From positions 78,926,001-78,990,000 of the forward strand of contig NC_135655.1 in NCBI RefSeq assembly GCF_964188315.1: DNA of 64,000 nt, written 5' to 3'. Shown in pieces: positions 1 through 27,000 of the stretch; the first letter of the stretch is position 1, and every line of letters starts with the position of its first letter. The notes below the pieces were generated by a model. It was given only the letters and a program-made list of their open reading frames with translations, was not told the DNA's origin and made no database searches. The position numbers were made by a program, and so were the translations under genes. This DNA comes from Podarcis muralis (lineage: Eukaryota).

Positions 1-8400
<8,400 letters not shown>

Positions 8401-9733
8401 AAAGTTGTTGCACTCATTGCTGTATATTGGTGTCGAAAATACTAAAAAGAATAATATCCTGGATGGGGATGTGTGTCTGAAGTGGGACTTGCCTTAAAAT
8501 GAATGAAACACAGAGCTGTGCTTCTTGGGCAATTACGGCAGTCGGGGACTAGTGGCGCCCCTTAAAAAAGCCACTGGGAACGAGATTACACCCAGCAGAA
8601 CCTACTGCAAAGAAAAAAGCTATTGCCAGTTCAGAGCAGTACTGTGTAACAAGCAGTTTTGTAGCATAATTCCTTAAGTGGTGGCGCAATTCATCTCCAA
8701 AAAGCTACTGTAAGGGTGGTGGGGACCTTAAGAGATGGATTTTTAGTATGAGCGGATCTAGGCTCTTCTTTTAGGAACATTAAGGTAAAGAGCTTTTCAG
8801 CTGTTCTTTCAGGCTCAAGATCACTGAAAGCAAACAAGAGTGGTGCTTTGCCCTACTGATCCACTCCAGATCTTCTGTAACCTTCAGACTACAAATACAT
8901 CCCAAACAGGAAACTGGCGAGATACAGAGTGATACCAGCCTCCTGCCCCCCTGCATGTGTAGAGCCATTAATAAAGGGAAGAACACAGAAGACATAGAAA
9001 CCTTCTCTTGATTTTTCTTTCTCTGGTGCAGGACTAGGCGGCTGGAGGGAAATGAACTGGAGATTATATTACAGAGTCTCTGCAGGAAGGCATGCACTTT
9101 GTGCTGAAAGTTTTCAGAGACCAATAGGTACGTAACAGTCTAATACAGAAGAATATGAATGAACTGGAAGGGGCATATCAGATTTTGGAAGAGTTAGGAG
9201 AGCTAAGACCTGGAATGGAAAAGCTTACAGGTACTCAGGGAGATTGTTGGAATGTTTAGTATAAATAGGAAAGTTGAATATTGGAAGGATTCTTACAATG
9301 CATCAGACTGTTGGCTGAGTACTCTGACAGACAACTGCTCTCCAAGTTCTCAAGTGGACAGAGGCCTTGGCCCTGCTACCTGAGATAACTAGAGATGCCG
9401 GGGACATTGTGCATGGAAAACATACAGTCTACCACTGAGCTAAGGTATTTCCTCTATGAACCAATTTAGAGTAGGTAATTTTTTACATCTATCTGTCTGT
9501 AGAACACTTTTAGCCTGCAAAATGGTTTATAACTCTCACATCCTCCGAGGAGCCATATGAAGGAAGTGCAGTAAAATGTAACCTCAGACTTTTGCAGTGT
9601 ATCCCCCTTTATCCCCTTTTGTTGCATAAAGTGTGAGTCTCCTTTGGAGCAAAATCCTGTTGCTTTGTCTATACAACTGCATGAGGAGATACTTAATAAT
9701 AATTTATGTTCTTTGGCAAATACTAGTCATATA

Positions 9734-9983
9734 GTCAGTGTGGTGTAGTGGTTAAGAGCGGTAGTCTCGTAATCTGGTGAACCGGGTTCGCGTCTCCGCT
9801 CCTCCACATGCAGCTGCTGGGTGACCTTGGGCCAGTCACACTTCTCTGAAGTCTCTCAGCCCCACTCACCTCACAGGGTGTTTGTTGTGGGGGAGGAAGG
9901 GAAAGGAGAATGTTAGCCGCTTTGAGACTCCTTCGGGTAGTGATAAAGCGGGATATAAAATCCAAAACTCTAACTCTAAACTC
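9734..9983 (+). mobile_element. tRNA-derived SINE (CORE/Squam-like)
   Basis: Pol III A box TGGTGTAGTGG and B-box-like CCGGGTTCGCGTC, CORE-like GCTGGGTGACCTTGGGCCAGTCAC, simple-repeat tail (AACTCT)n; possible TSD TCATATA. Confidence 0.8.
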
Positions 9984-10147
9984 TCATATATAATACAAGG
10001 CTGGGGAACCTTTCCCATTCTCCAGGGCTCCATTTGCGGGGGGAGAAGTAGTCAAGGCTATACACCTGTAGTGTTTAGGTCCAAGGCCAAAAGAAGGCAG
10101 GGTCAAAGCATACATAGACACTCACATCCCATTCACAAACCTACATA

Positions 10148-10371
10148 CAGTGGTACCTTGGTTTACGAACTTAATCCATTCCGGAAGTCCATTCTTAAAC
10201 CGAGGCGCGCTTTCCCTAATGAGGCCTCCCGCTGCCGGTGCCTTTCCACCATTTGGATTCCCTTCTTAGACCGAGGTAATGTTCACAAACCGCGACACTA
10301 CTTCCAGTTTTGTGGAGTTCGTAAGCCGAATCGTTCGTAAACAGGACTGTTCTTAAACCGAGGTACCACTG
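10148..10371. mobile_element. Tigger/pogo-like MITE
   Basis: TA|CAGTGGTACCTTGGTTTA...TAAACCGAGGTACCACTG|TA. Confidence 0.85.
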
Positions 10372-11254
10372 TACATAACACGTGCACATATACACACTGT
10401 ATCAGGCCGCCAGTGTAGTGCCCTCTCTTCAGCAGACAGGTTGGTCAATGATCAGGAAGCATCAGAGTCATAGTTCAACAACCTCTGAAGAGCACCACGT
10501 TCTGCTTGCATGGCTTCTGTGCTACATGCTGAGAAAGGGACTCCCTTTCTCCATGCTTAGCCCAGGAACTGCCAATGGGGGAAGAAAGTAATCTCTTCCT
10601 TCAGAAGCAGCTCAATTAACTTTTGTGCTGCACAGTGTGAAAGGGACTCCTTTTCTCACTGTGCAGGATAAAAATGCACCACACTGCCCATGAAGGAAGA
10701 ACTGCTCAGCTCAGCTCATGGGCAGCTCAGCAGCAGGACTCAGCCATGTTCCCTCTTCCCCACTACTGAGCAGTAATTTTCAGTAAGCTGAGCAGCACAG
10801 GGCAGTGGGAGGTTTTCCTCCCCTCACTATGATCTGTTCTCCCCGGGCTACTTCACGGATTGAATATTACAGCTCAGCAATGGGGGCGAGGGCGGGGGGG
10901 GGGGAAGGGGGCTAAGTAGATGGATCTGGGAAAAGACTGGCAAGCTAAAGGGCCGGCCACACCTGGATTATGAAGTGAAGGTTCCCTACCTCAAAATAAA
11001 TGTTTAATTAACTAAATTAGGGTTAATCCTATTGCTCCCACTTTACTTGTGAGTAAGCCTCATTAAATTTAATAGGACTTCTTAGTAGACATCATTGGGA
11101 TTGCACTGTTAAATGGGTTTTCTATTCCTCAGTGAAATTTCATATAACCAACTATTACAAGCCCTGCATTTGAAAATGGTTGTTATGTTTTATAGGATGG
11201 AGGAATTGCTGGATATGTTCCCAGCAACATTATTATGGGAATTTTTCTGGTTCT

Positions 11255-17041
<5,787 letters not shown>

Positions 17042-17756
17042 GAAATCTGACCCCTGCTGTTGGAAATGATGTTTACCTCCTAAAGGACTGTTCGCTGCAG
17101 CCAAAGGTTACAGCAATAAGAGCAGAGAACTGGAGGAAAATATGCTCTCCATTGTGCTAGCACCCAGTAGGTTAGAAAAACTAAAAATCATTCAGAGAGT
17201 CTAGTTGCACATGGATGTCCTCTGAAGGATCTTAGGAGATGATGATCAAATGGCAGGTTGTGAATTTGCTTTTGCATAAGAGGCTCTAGATACCAGAGTG
17301 GAAGATGAAGATGTACATTATAGCTGCTACTTCCCATTAAACTTCACCTCTTAAGCTGTTTCTCCAAACAAACTCTTCAAATGTTTTCTAAACCATCACA
17401 GATCTTGTGGTGTTGCACTAGTAGCCTTAGCTGCAATAGCATTCATCACAGTTATGCTGAATCTGACATTGTACCAACTTGTGAAAGAATTTGGATTAGG
17501 CCAACTTTCATAACTAAGCTTAGAAGTTTGACTGTTCAGTCAGTGTGTCTTCTGCTGTAGCTTCTGTGAAGATCAATCTGAAAGCTGATATTCTAAAATA
17601 ATTTGATGTATTAATATGCAGTGTATCATTTATGTAACATGAAAAGATAAGGGGTGTGTAACTACAATTCTAGCAAGAAATGACAACAATGAAAAGTGTA
17701 GTGAAGCTGCTGTTTGAACTTGAATGAACACTTATTGAGTGGCAATAATTAGTCAA

Positions 17757-17762
17757 AATAAA
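17757..17762 (+). terminator. Candidate SIRT3 poly(A) signal
   Basis: AATAAA about 715 nt after the SIRT3 stop, followed by T/GT-rich sequence. Confidence 0.45.
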
Positions 17763-18486
17763 AGCATGTTTCAGCTGTCTCTCAATATTCTGTCTGCAGA
17801 TTTCTCAGTATTTAAATTCTAAACTTGTATTTTCTGTCCTTTAATTCATTTAATGGGGAAAAAAGTATTGTGGGCATCATTCACATAATTGTCTGACATT
17901 TTTCTGGGTGTTATTCAGCATCTTTGAATGACAGGCTTTTATCTGTTTAAAAGAGATGCTGGGCTTCTGGGTTTCTTCTTTCAATATGTAATTGTTGACA
18001 AAGAGATGAAAGGAAGCTCGGGGTGGTTAGAACAGTGTTATTTGTAGTGTTACCCTGAATTAACATTGAGATTGTGGAACCTATTAAATCTAGTACTGCT
18101 ACTTTATGAACTTTAAATCACCATGAAGATGCCAACACCACTTTGTACATGTCAAGTGTGTGTAGCTTAATATTAACTTTGTGTCTGTGCCATCCAATAA
18201 CCATGTAAGCCAAGGATCACCCTTTGCTTTTAGGAATTGTGACTAGTTTGCTCCCCCAATTTGAAGAACTCTACTTATTTCTCTCCAATTACAATCAACC
18301 TCAGAGGCTGGATCCCCCGCCCCCAAGCTCTATTTTCGGCAAGGCCGTTTTTGCAAAGAGCTTCTGATAATTTGAATGTGCTAACAGATTTGTTTATATG
18401 AATGTGTGATTCAAATATTGGATTGGAAAGCTCTTGAATTTAGGATAAGCCATTCAAATGAGACATTTGAATCACCAACCCTTCTG

Positions 18487-18488
<2 letters not shown>

Positions 18489-18516
<28 letters not shown>
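18489..18516. repeat. (GT)14 microsatellite
   Basis: Direct reading; followed by GCGCGC. Confidence 0.95.
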
Positions 18517-18523
<7 letters not shown>

Positions 18524-18529
18524 CTATAT

Positions 18530-18915
18530 ACTGTCACCTCTTACTTCCCTTTTCGCCAAACTAAAAATGCTGCAACATTTCCTTACATGCGAGTACCTCC
18601 ATCATATTGGTTGCCTTTTTCTAAACCTTTTCCAACTCTACAATATTGTTTTTGAGGTGAGGCAACCAGAACAGTACAGTACACAGTATTTCAAATGTTG
18701 TTGCACCCAAGATTTGTATAACAGTAGTTTTATTTTCAGCTCCTTTCCTAATGCTCCCTAGCATGGAATTTGCCTTTTTCACAGCTGCAGCACAGTGGAG
18801 CAGCATCTTCCATGGAGCCATACACTACAACCCCAAGGTGTTCCTGGTCACTGTCAGTTTAGAACCCATGAGTATACACATGAAGTTAAATTTGACTTTT
18901 TGGTCCTGATATACA
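18530..18915 (-). mobile_element. CR1 LINE fragment, split by a SINE (continues about 19285-19400)
   Basis: Minus translation CAAAVKKANSMLGSIRKG...WLPHLKNNIVELEKV. Boundaries approximate. Confidence 0.75.
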
Positions 18916-18926
18916 TCATTTTTTTA

Positions 18927-19284
18927 GGGGACGCGGGTGGCGCTGTGGGTAAAAGCCTCAGCGCCTAGGACTTGCCGATCGCATGGTCGGTGGTTCGAAT
19001 CCCCGCGGCGGGGTGCGCTCCCGTCGTTCGGTCCCAGCGCCTGCCAACCTAGCAGTTCGAAAGCACCCCTGGGTGCAAGTAGATAAATAGGGACCGCTTA
19101 CCAGCGGGAAGGTAAACGGCGTTCCGTGTGCTGCGCTGGCTCGCCAGATGCAGCTTGTCACGCTGGCCACGTGACCCGGAAGTGTCTGCTGACAGCGCTG
19201 GCTCCCGGCCTATAGAGTGAGATGAGCGCACAACCCTAGAGTCTGGCAAGACTGGCCCGTACGGGCAGGGGTACCTTTACCTTT
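18927..19284 (+). mobile_element. Sauria SINE, full length, nested in CR1
   Basis: Family match to 3109 and 13117; flanking repeat TATACATCATTTT. Confidence 0.92.
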
Positions 19285-21072
19285 TATACATCATTTTACA
19301 CTTGCTTCCACTGAATTGCTTTTGCCCTTTCCTTCAGTTTGGAGAGTCATTTTGGAATTCTTCATAATCTTTGTTTTAATGACCCCAAACAATTTTATTT
19401 TAATGACAAGGAAGACAAAAGGAATATCAATGGCCATAAGGCATGATGGCTACATGAACAACAGGGGAAGGCTTGGTTGTGGGCTTCCTGCAAGTGCCTG
19501 ATGATCACTCTGGGAAACAGGATACTAGGCAGAAACGTAAGTGATTAATAACCTTTTAACTATATATTAGGAGGACGGGGTATGCAGAAGAGTCATAATT
19601 ATACTCAGTGTTAGTTTGTGGAGATAACCCACAGTTTCCAACATTTTCAAACAGTACAGCTAGAATCAGAGGCAGCTGGAAGATCATCCCGTCCGATGCA
19701 ATGGGCGGGATACTCCACATATGTGATCACTACAGACTGACTGATAGACACCAATGGCCTCAGTGAGGTTTAGTTTGTTGAAAGCACAGAAAGTTCCACC
19801 GCTCACCCACATGGCATTGTGCTTGAGTACAACACTGCTGTAACTGTACTCCTCCCAGTTTGGCTGCATTTACATTGCCAAGAAATGTCATTTCTAATTG
19901 TTCAGATACAATCACCCAAATAATCAACAGATGCACGCATATTGTTATCTGAAGGCTTCATTTATTCTAGTGAAAATCTTTATATTTGTGCTAAGTTCAG
20001 AAACTGTTGGCAAAGTTGGAAACAAAGTAGGAGATGGGGGCTGCTTTTTTAAAACAGAAAAGCCTATGATCAGGATGAAGGTACATAACAGGGTGAATGC
20101 AGAGTGCTGTGGATAGAGGGGAACTGAAGCAGATTTAGAGTGCGGTTAAGCAATTGGTCACTGTCTTTTGTCTGAAGAGCACAGAGTGTGAGAGTAGTCC
20201 AGAAACTAAGCATGGTAGAAAGAGGAACATGGTGTCAAGGTTATAGTGGGGATTAGAGGCCTCTTGGCCCCAAATTATCAGCAAACGCAAACATTAATGT
20301 CGCTGTGAGCAAAGGATATCTCAAGAGGTTTGCACATTATCTCAGATAATGGACACATACCGCACATATACATACTATTTCAACAATGCACGTTTCCTTA
20401 CCTGCATGTTTCCATACACATGTAATGTGTCTTAAAGGAACTGCCTAAAAATGTGACTGATTGCCACACACATTGCACTTATATGCCTCCAGGAGTATGC
20501 TTTCTTGCATTTCCCATGTAAAAAAAAAAGCAGGCTTCTCATTGTTCACACGTTTCTATAATATGCCCCAGTCGTGTATGCAAATAGACATTTACATTTG
20601 CCAAGAGTATCCGTGTGTTTTAAACCACGCTGTATAGTTGCTGCATTATGTGCTTTGCACAAGTATCAATGCACGCACACACGCACACACATATATATCA
20701 CCTGTGTGTATCACATTTTAGTCCCATATAAGTAACTCTGCAGTGCACTCACAGCACCCTTAAGTGCTACTAAACCTTGATATAATAAGAGATTGCCCTT
20801 CCCTCCATGAAATTTCTGCTCAAAAATCCTTGGAATCGGAGTGTAATAATCTTGTGGACACAGAGGGAAAACAGATCAAAAGAGCTAAGCTGTAAAGAGC
20901 TCTCTAAGGTAGGAGTGTTATAGAGCTAGAGAAGAAACAGATGTTATACCACTCTGGGCGGTGGAGATCCATCCCACGGGAAGTCCTTTCTTGGGACTGG
21001 TCTCCTGATACAGCACCTGTTACAGAGAGAGAATAGAGGGTCCATAGGTTTTTGAGGAACAGGAAATGTTTT

Positions 21073-24000
21073 TCAGTCCAATTCCAAGTCAGAGTCAGAT
21101 GATAACCTCTCCTCAGATATCTGATGGACAGCATCCTCCAAGGAGGTTACATTGAGAGAGGTTAAATTGCCATCTGGATTGACCCCCATTGGTTGGATGA
21201 CTCGTTGTCTGCAATGGAAAGGAGAAATAGCACAGTCAGAGAGGGGCTCCTCATGATAACATTCTTAGAGAAACCATCAAGGGGAAGCCTACATTAAGGA
21301 CAGACCAGTAGTATGCCCACTTTGAGAAATGTAATTCATTTGTTGATCCTAGCAGAAATAGTATAAAATAGCCATACATACCATCACCAGTAAAAACAGC
21401 CCCAACCCTCCCTCAGTTTGGCATCTGGTACATGTGCTGACACTGCTTTGCTCACATCCAGAATATAAATACTCACACCATGGACAAATGCTATTTGCTC
21501 AACTACAGATGTTGCTCTATTAACATTTCTAGAAGAGAATTTGAAGCTTTCGGATGAGATTCAATTACTAATGGTTTTATATGACAATCTACAGATCATC
21601 AGGTTGTTAGGCAGATTTCTTTTCAGGCACCTAAGATTGGAGATTGTAGGAACTGAATCTGGTGCCATTGGCAAAGCATGTGCTCAGTCACTGAGCTACC
21701 TTTAAGGATCAAGTGGAATGACTTTTCCACTGCTTTTCTATCTCCTAGGCCCTTTTAGTCCATCAAGGGAACTTGGTCAGTGGATTCCAAATATGAAAAA
21801 CATTTTTCAGTCATAAATATTCTTCAGGAGAAACTACTAAGCAACAACAAATGAATCCAATCAGAATGTAGATTTCTTAATCCCATTTAATCAAATGTAA
21901 ATGAAATACTGTATAATCAGTGTGTCAAATCTAAGAGTGTTGTTTAGATTTCTTGGGTAGAGAGGATGTAACCTCAGTATTTGGCCAGAAAGCAGTTTTT
22001 CATGCTCAGAAACCTGAACAGAACTGCCTACATTCTGACAAATCATTTTATATGATGAACCATTTCCACTGAAAGGAAAAAATATTTTTTTGTTTGAAAC
22101 TCAGTGGGAAATGTGGAGACTAGCTTGATAATGAAGGCTTTTCCTTCATTTTATGGTGCACTGGAGCTCTATTTTTGGCTTCATCGCTAGTTAAAGGGCA
22201 CATTAGCCATGCACCAAATGCTAATTATCAGCCTTTCTGAACCTTCATGACATACATCCTGGGAAAGTATAAGGGTGTGATTTTCAGAGAAGTTAAGGTC
22301 CAAATGCAAGTTTGTAACAATGCTAAAATTACACTGGAGACCCAGGAAGTAATTGCTCCAAAATCTTTCTCCGCTAATCTAGCTGGAAAATGCCTCAGGG
22401 GTCCTTCTGATTAGGCCAGTGTTTCCCAACCGGTGTTCCGCGGCACACTGGTGTGCCGTGAGACCTTGCCTGGTGTGCCGTGGGGCGGGAACACCTGCCC
22501 CAGCCGCCCCGCTTCGGAACGCTGCTCCGAAGCGGGGCGGTGGGGCGGGAACACCTGCCCCAGCCGCCTCGCTTCGGAGCGCTGCTCCGAAGCGGGGCGG
22601 TGGGGCGGGAACCTCGCACCCCGCCGCCGGGCATCGGAACGATGCCCCGATGCCGGGCGGTGGGGCGGGAACCTCGCACCCCGCCGCCGGGCATCGGAAC
22701 GAGGTCCTGGACCTCTTCTGAAGGCAGGCGGGGGCAAAAGTCTTTGCTCCCCCCGCCTGCCTTCCAGGGACAGCGGAGACTTCTCCGCTGCCCCGGGCGA
22801 TCTTAAAATGCTGGCGGGCGGGAGCGAAGCGTTCGCTGCCGACCCCCAGCATTTTAAAATCTCCTCGGGGCAGCGGAGACTTCGCTCCCGCCCGCCAGCA
22901 TTTTAAAATCGCCCCGGGACAGCAGGGGCTTTTAAAATGCTGGCGGTCGGCAGCAAAGCCCTCCTGTCCCCGGAGCTTGCGGGGCGGGAGGTGGGAAGAA
23001 GGGCTTTTCTTCCCACCGCCAGCCTTCAGAACAGCCTTCTGAAGGCTGACAGTGGGAAGAAAAGCCCTTGTCCCCCCCCCCCAGCCTTCAGAAGAGGTCG
23101 GGGGACAGACTGTCCCCGGACCTGGTCTGAAGGCGGTTTCCCTAGGAACGCATTAATTGATTTTCAATGCATTCCTATGGGAAACCGTGCATCGCAAGAC
23201 GAAAAACCCGCAAGACGAAGAGACTTGCGGAACGAATTAATTTCGTCTTGCGAGGCACCACTGTACTTTTTATATAGTCAATATAGGCACAGAGTTAAAT
23301 TTTTTAACATTTTCTAATGGTGGTGTGCCTCGAGATTTTTTTCATGAAAGAAGTGTGCCTTTGCCCAAAAAAGGTTGGGAAACACTGGATTAGGCCACAT
23401 CAGCAGCAAAAGAAAATGACATTGTAGTGGAAATACCATTAATGAAATGCTCAGACTAGCATCTGTCTGTCTAATGCACACTGGAAACATGGGGCATCTG
23501 TATAAATAGACTGGCGGCTGCTCAGCAAGATGTCATTTGAACTCCTTAGGTAGATCCTGGATTCCTGCCCACACTACTCTTAAATGATGTATGAACAACT
23601 ACTGTAGAGTGAATGCCTGCTGGGAAGGAGAATGGGTGGCATTAGCTGCCATCTGCCTTTGCAATAGTACTTCCTACTAGCAGCTAGCCAGAGTTATCAC
23701 TACATAGCCTGCAGAATGAACTTTGTGGAGATGACATTCAAATGTATACTGTAGGTAAGTAGTGTGCAGTCCCCCAGGGTGCAGATTTCCATTATTCCCA
23801 GTCATCACACCCAGTTTATCCAAGGCGTTCATTTTCCAGCACAGATGAACCGCCACCTACAGCACTGATTTTGGGTTCCACCCCCCCCCCCAGGATTCTA
23901 GAAAATTTCTGCTTTAATAAAACAAATATTTCCAATCCTCATTGTTGAGGAAGAAACTTAATAATACATGGTCAACATTTTCCATGCCCTGCTACTCTAG

Positions 24001-27000
24001 TTCCAGTAGTCAAAAGGCCAGTATACCAGCACCCTTTTGGTATGGTCACCTGTCATTGCCTTCCTGTTGCTTGCCACTAAGTTCAATATGAAATTCTCCT
24101 AGTCCACTAGCAGTTACAAAACAGTCTAAATGGTTTTTTAAAAATGAGATGCACACTATTTCATTCCAGGAACCACATCTGAAGCCAATGAGTAAAGCTC
24201 TACTGTCACCAAATGATGGAGATCCAGTGTAGCTGTTGGTTACCATGAGAGAGGAGGGAAAGGCAACAGGGAGCTTGACACAGTGCATGGATTGGCACCC
24301 ACACTGTGCTGAGCTCCCTGGTGCCATGCGCACCCCCCTCCACCTCTTAGTAACTCACAGTGATGCACAGCATTGGGAAGCCAAGAGAGCAATGCTACCC
24401 CATCAGCCACCACTGATGGCAGGGCAGTACTTCACTCCTTTCATTCTTTCAGTCAGTTGGTTCCCATTCAGCGACTGTTAACACATAAAGACTTAATGGA
24501 CAAAATCATATTGATATCCTGTGCTACCTAACAGGCTCATGGCAGTTTTCAATGGCCTTTCTTGATGTTAATAGTCCTCTTTCCTAGGAGCTCACAATCT
24601 AAGACAGTCCAATGATTTGGAGGATAAAAGAGGTCAAATGTAAGTCAACAATTCAGAAATTATTCGTTTGAAGTCACAATGAGCTTGGAATTTCAGAACC
24701 TTCGATTTTAACTGTTTGACCTCTTTTAGCCTGCTCTTCAAACTGCTGACCCACTTCCCGATAAATCTATCTCATGGTACCTTGAGAGTTTGTCAAACAT
24801 GTTCACCAGTTTCATTGCTTCAACCTCTTTCTGCTCATCTGTCATCCCCTCCATTGGGTTGGGAAGCTTCTCCTCCACACGTCCCGTTATAGGGTTAATG
24901 CTGTACGAGTCAGTCAAAACAACAACACACAGAAAGAAGGCAGAGCATGTTCATTTAAAAGGCAGATATATTGACCACTGGCATAATGACTGTTGACTGT
25001 ACCAGAGATGTAGCAAACATTCTTCAACACTACATGCTACCTAAGACCAAATACTACTAAAAAATTGAAAATGGCACAGGATTCTTGGTAGGGCAAGTGG
25101 CAATCCACCTACTGACAGGCATGCCAGTTTTGATCCCCATTTGGACTGGTTATTGTGGAAGCAGGGGAAGAGGAGGAGGTTAGCAGCCCAGCAATCTAGT
25201 GCTATAATTCACATGCCTATCACAGACATACACCTTTAACATGAGAATACAAGGTGCTTTTGTGTCTCTGTCCCTAAAGTGTCCAGAATAGCACTCTTGA
25301 CTCAGTTCAGTTCAATCTTATCCCTCTCATTGTCCAGGTTCTAATCTTCACCCCTTTCCCAGTAATGTTCACTTCTCCCTCCTCTGAATTGCAATAGTCC
25401 CTACTTTAATAAATTTTCTATATGTGCAAATGTATTCACATGTATCACAATATAACTGATGAGCAGGGGGAAATGGGAAGGGGTAGCAGAAGGAAAGAAC
25501 ATGGACATGGGATTGTGAAGTTTGTGCTAATAAAACAGTTAACCAAAGAATACCGCAAGATGGATTTAATCATGAATGATGGAAATTCTGTATATATTTG
25601 GAATAGAAGGGAGAATCTGCTAATGAAGGGGATGGGAGGGATGGGACAAGGGATAGGAAGAGAGAAAGCTACCAAGATAAATGGGAGTGGGGAGGAGTCA
25701 GAACCTCTTTCATGACATAAAAGCTTTCGTACATACAGCCACCTATAAATGGAGTTCAAAACAAAGGTTTGTGATGCTCTGCAGCAGATTATAGGGGAAA
25801 GCTGTTGGTCTAGACATACAACTGTGAAGATGTGGCAGGCAGTGAATAAGGCCATTAGGCATGGAAGCAGATAACTACAGTATTAAACACAGGGAAATGA
25901 ACATCATGCCAATAAGAACGTTAGAAAGAAAAAAATGAATAATGGGTTGAGTGAGGAAAAGTTAACAAGAAAAGGACTTGTGCCAAAAGTAGAAGAAAGG
26001 GCAATACTTAAGGAAGCAATGCATACAAGGGGGTCCATACTTGGGTTTTGCCTCCTTGTATTCCTCTGTATCAGTGTCTTCATCCTCAGAGTATTCTCCT
26101 TCTGTCCGACCTCCTGTCATGAGGCCTCGGGCTGCCAGGAGCCCCGCAGCATTCCCATATCCCGTGTACTTCACAAACCGCGACACTGTTGAGGAAAATA
26201 AAGGCAAAAGGGTCATATTCTTCTGCTGCTACAAAAACAATCTGGAAAAGACTGCTGAATTCAAATGATCATAAAACCGACCCTTGCTTATCGGACCACC
26301 TTTCAAGGAAATGATTTCTTGCAAGCCTCTCAAGTCTGTAAGTCACATTCAGAGCTGCTTCACTTCACCTCTTTTGCTTCTCACTCTCCACCTGCTGTAC
26401 AGGCCCAGGGAATCCCCTTACCCCTGTAGCAGCAGGGAACCCAGCTTCTTTGACTGTTAAATATATTTGTATTACTTTTACCTCAAGCAAATATAATATC
26501 CACACTAGAAGAAATGTGTGAAATGTCATATGGGACTGGTTGTAGGCATCTATGGGCTGGTGCATGTATTTGGAGGGAAAGTCACTTTGCAAAGGAAAAA
26601 TATGGAAAACTGTTGCTATTGTCCTAACATTCAGCAAAAAGAGTTATTTAATTGTGAAGCGAGGCCCTTTGATTGAACTTGAGAGAGAATATGTAAGTAT
26701 GTGGCTATCAAAGCTTAAGTTTGGAATTCCCTCCCTTTTTACAACAAATATTTTTCTTTCCTAAGTGTATCTCTAGTCAGTGAATGTTTAGGGTGAATTA
26801 TTTGGTTCTGTTTCATTCCACCCCTACCCAAGCAATATGTAATTTTGCCTTATGACTCATAAGTGAATTGCCTCAGCTCTTAGCAGCCAAGCCACCATTA
26901 AAACATATTCTGTCTGTCTACCCGTGCTATGAATCTTTCAGCAGTTACGAAGTTGGATGGATCAGTCTATTCACTCAATTGCTTTTTCAGACAGTCAATG

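Noticed and set aside
22379-23317. Repetitive 100-157 aa ORFs
   Set aside because: Products of the 60-bp array and hairpins in the composite hAT element.
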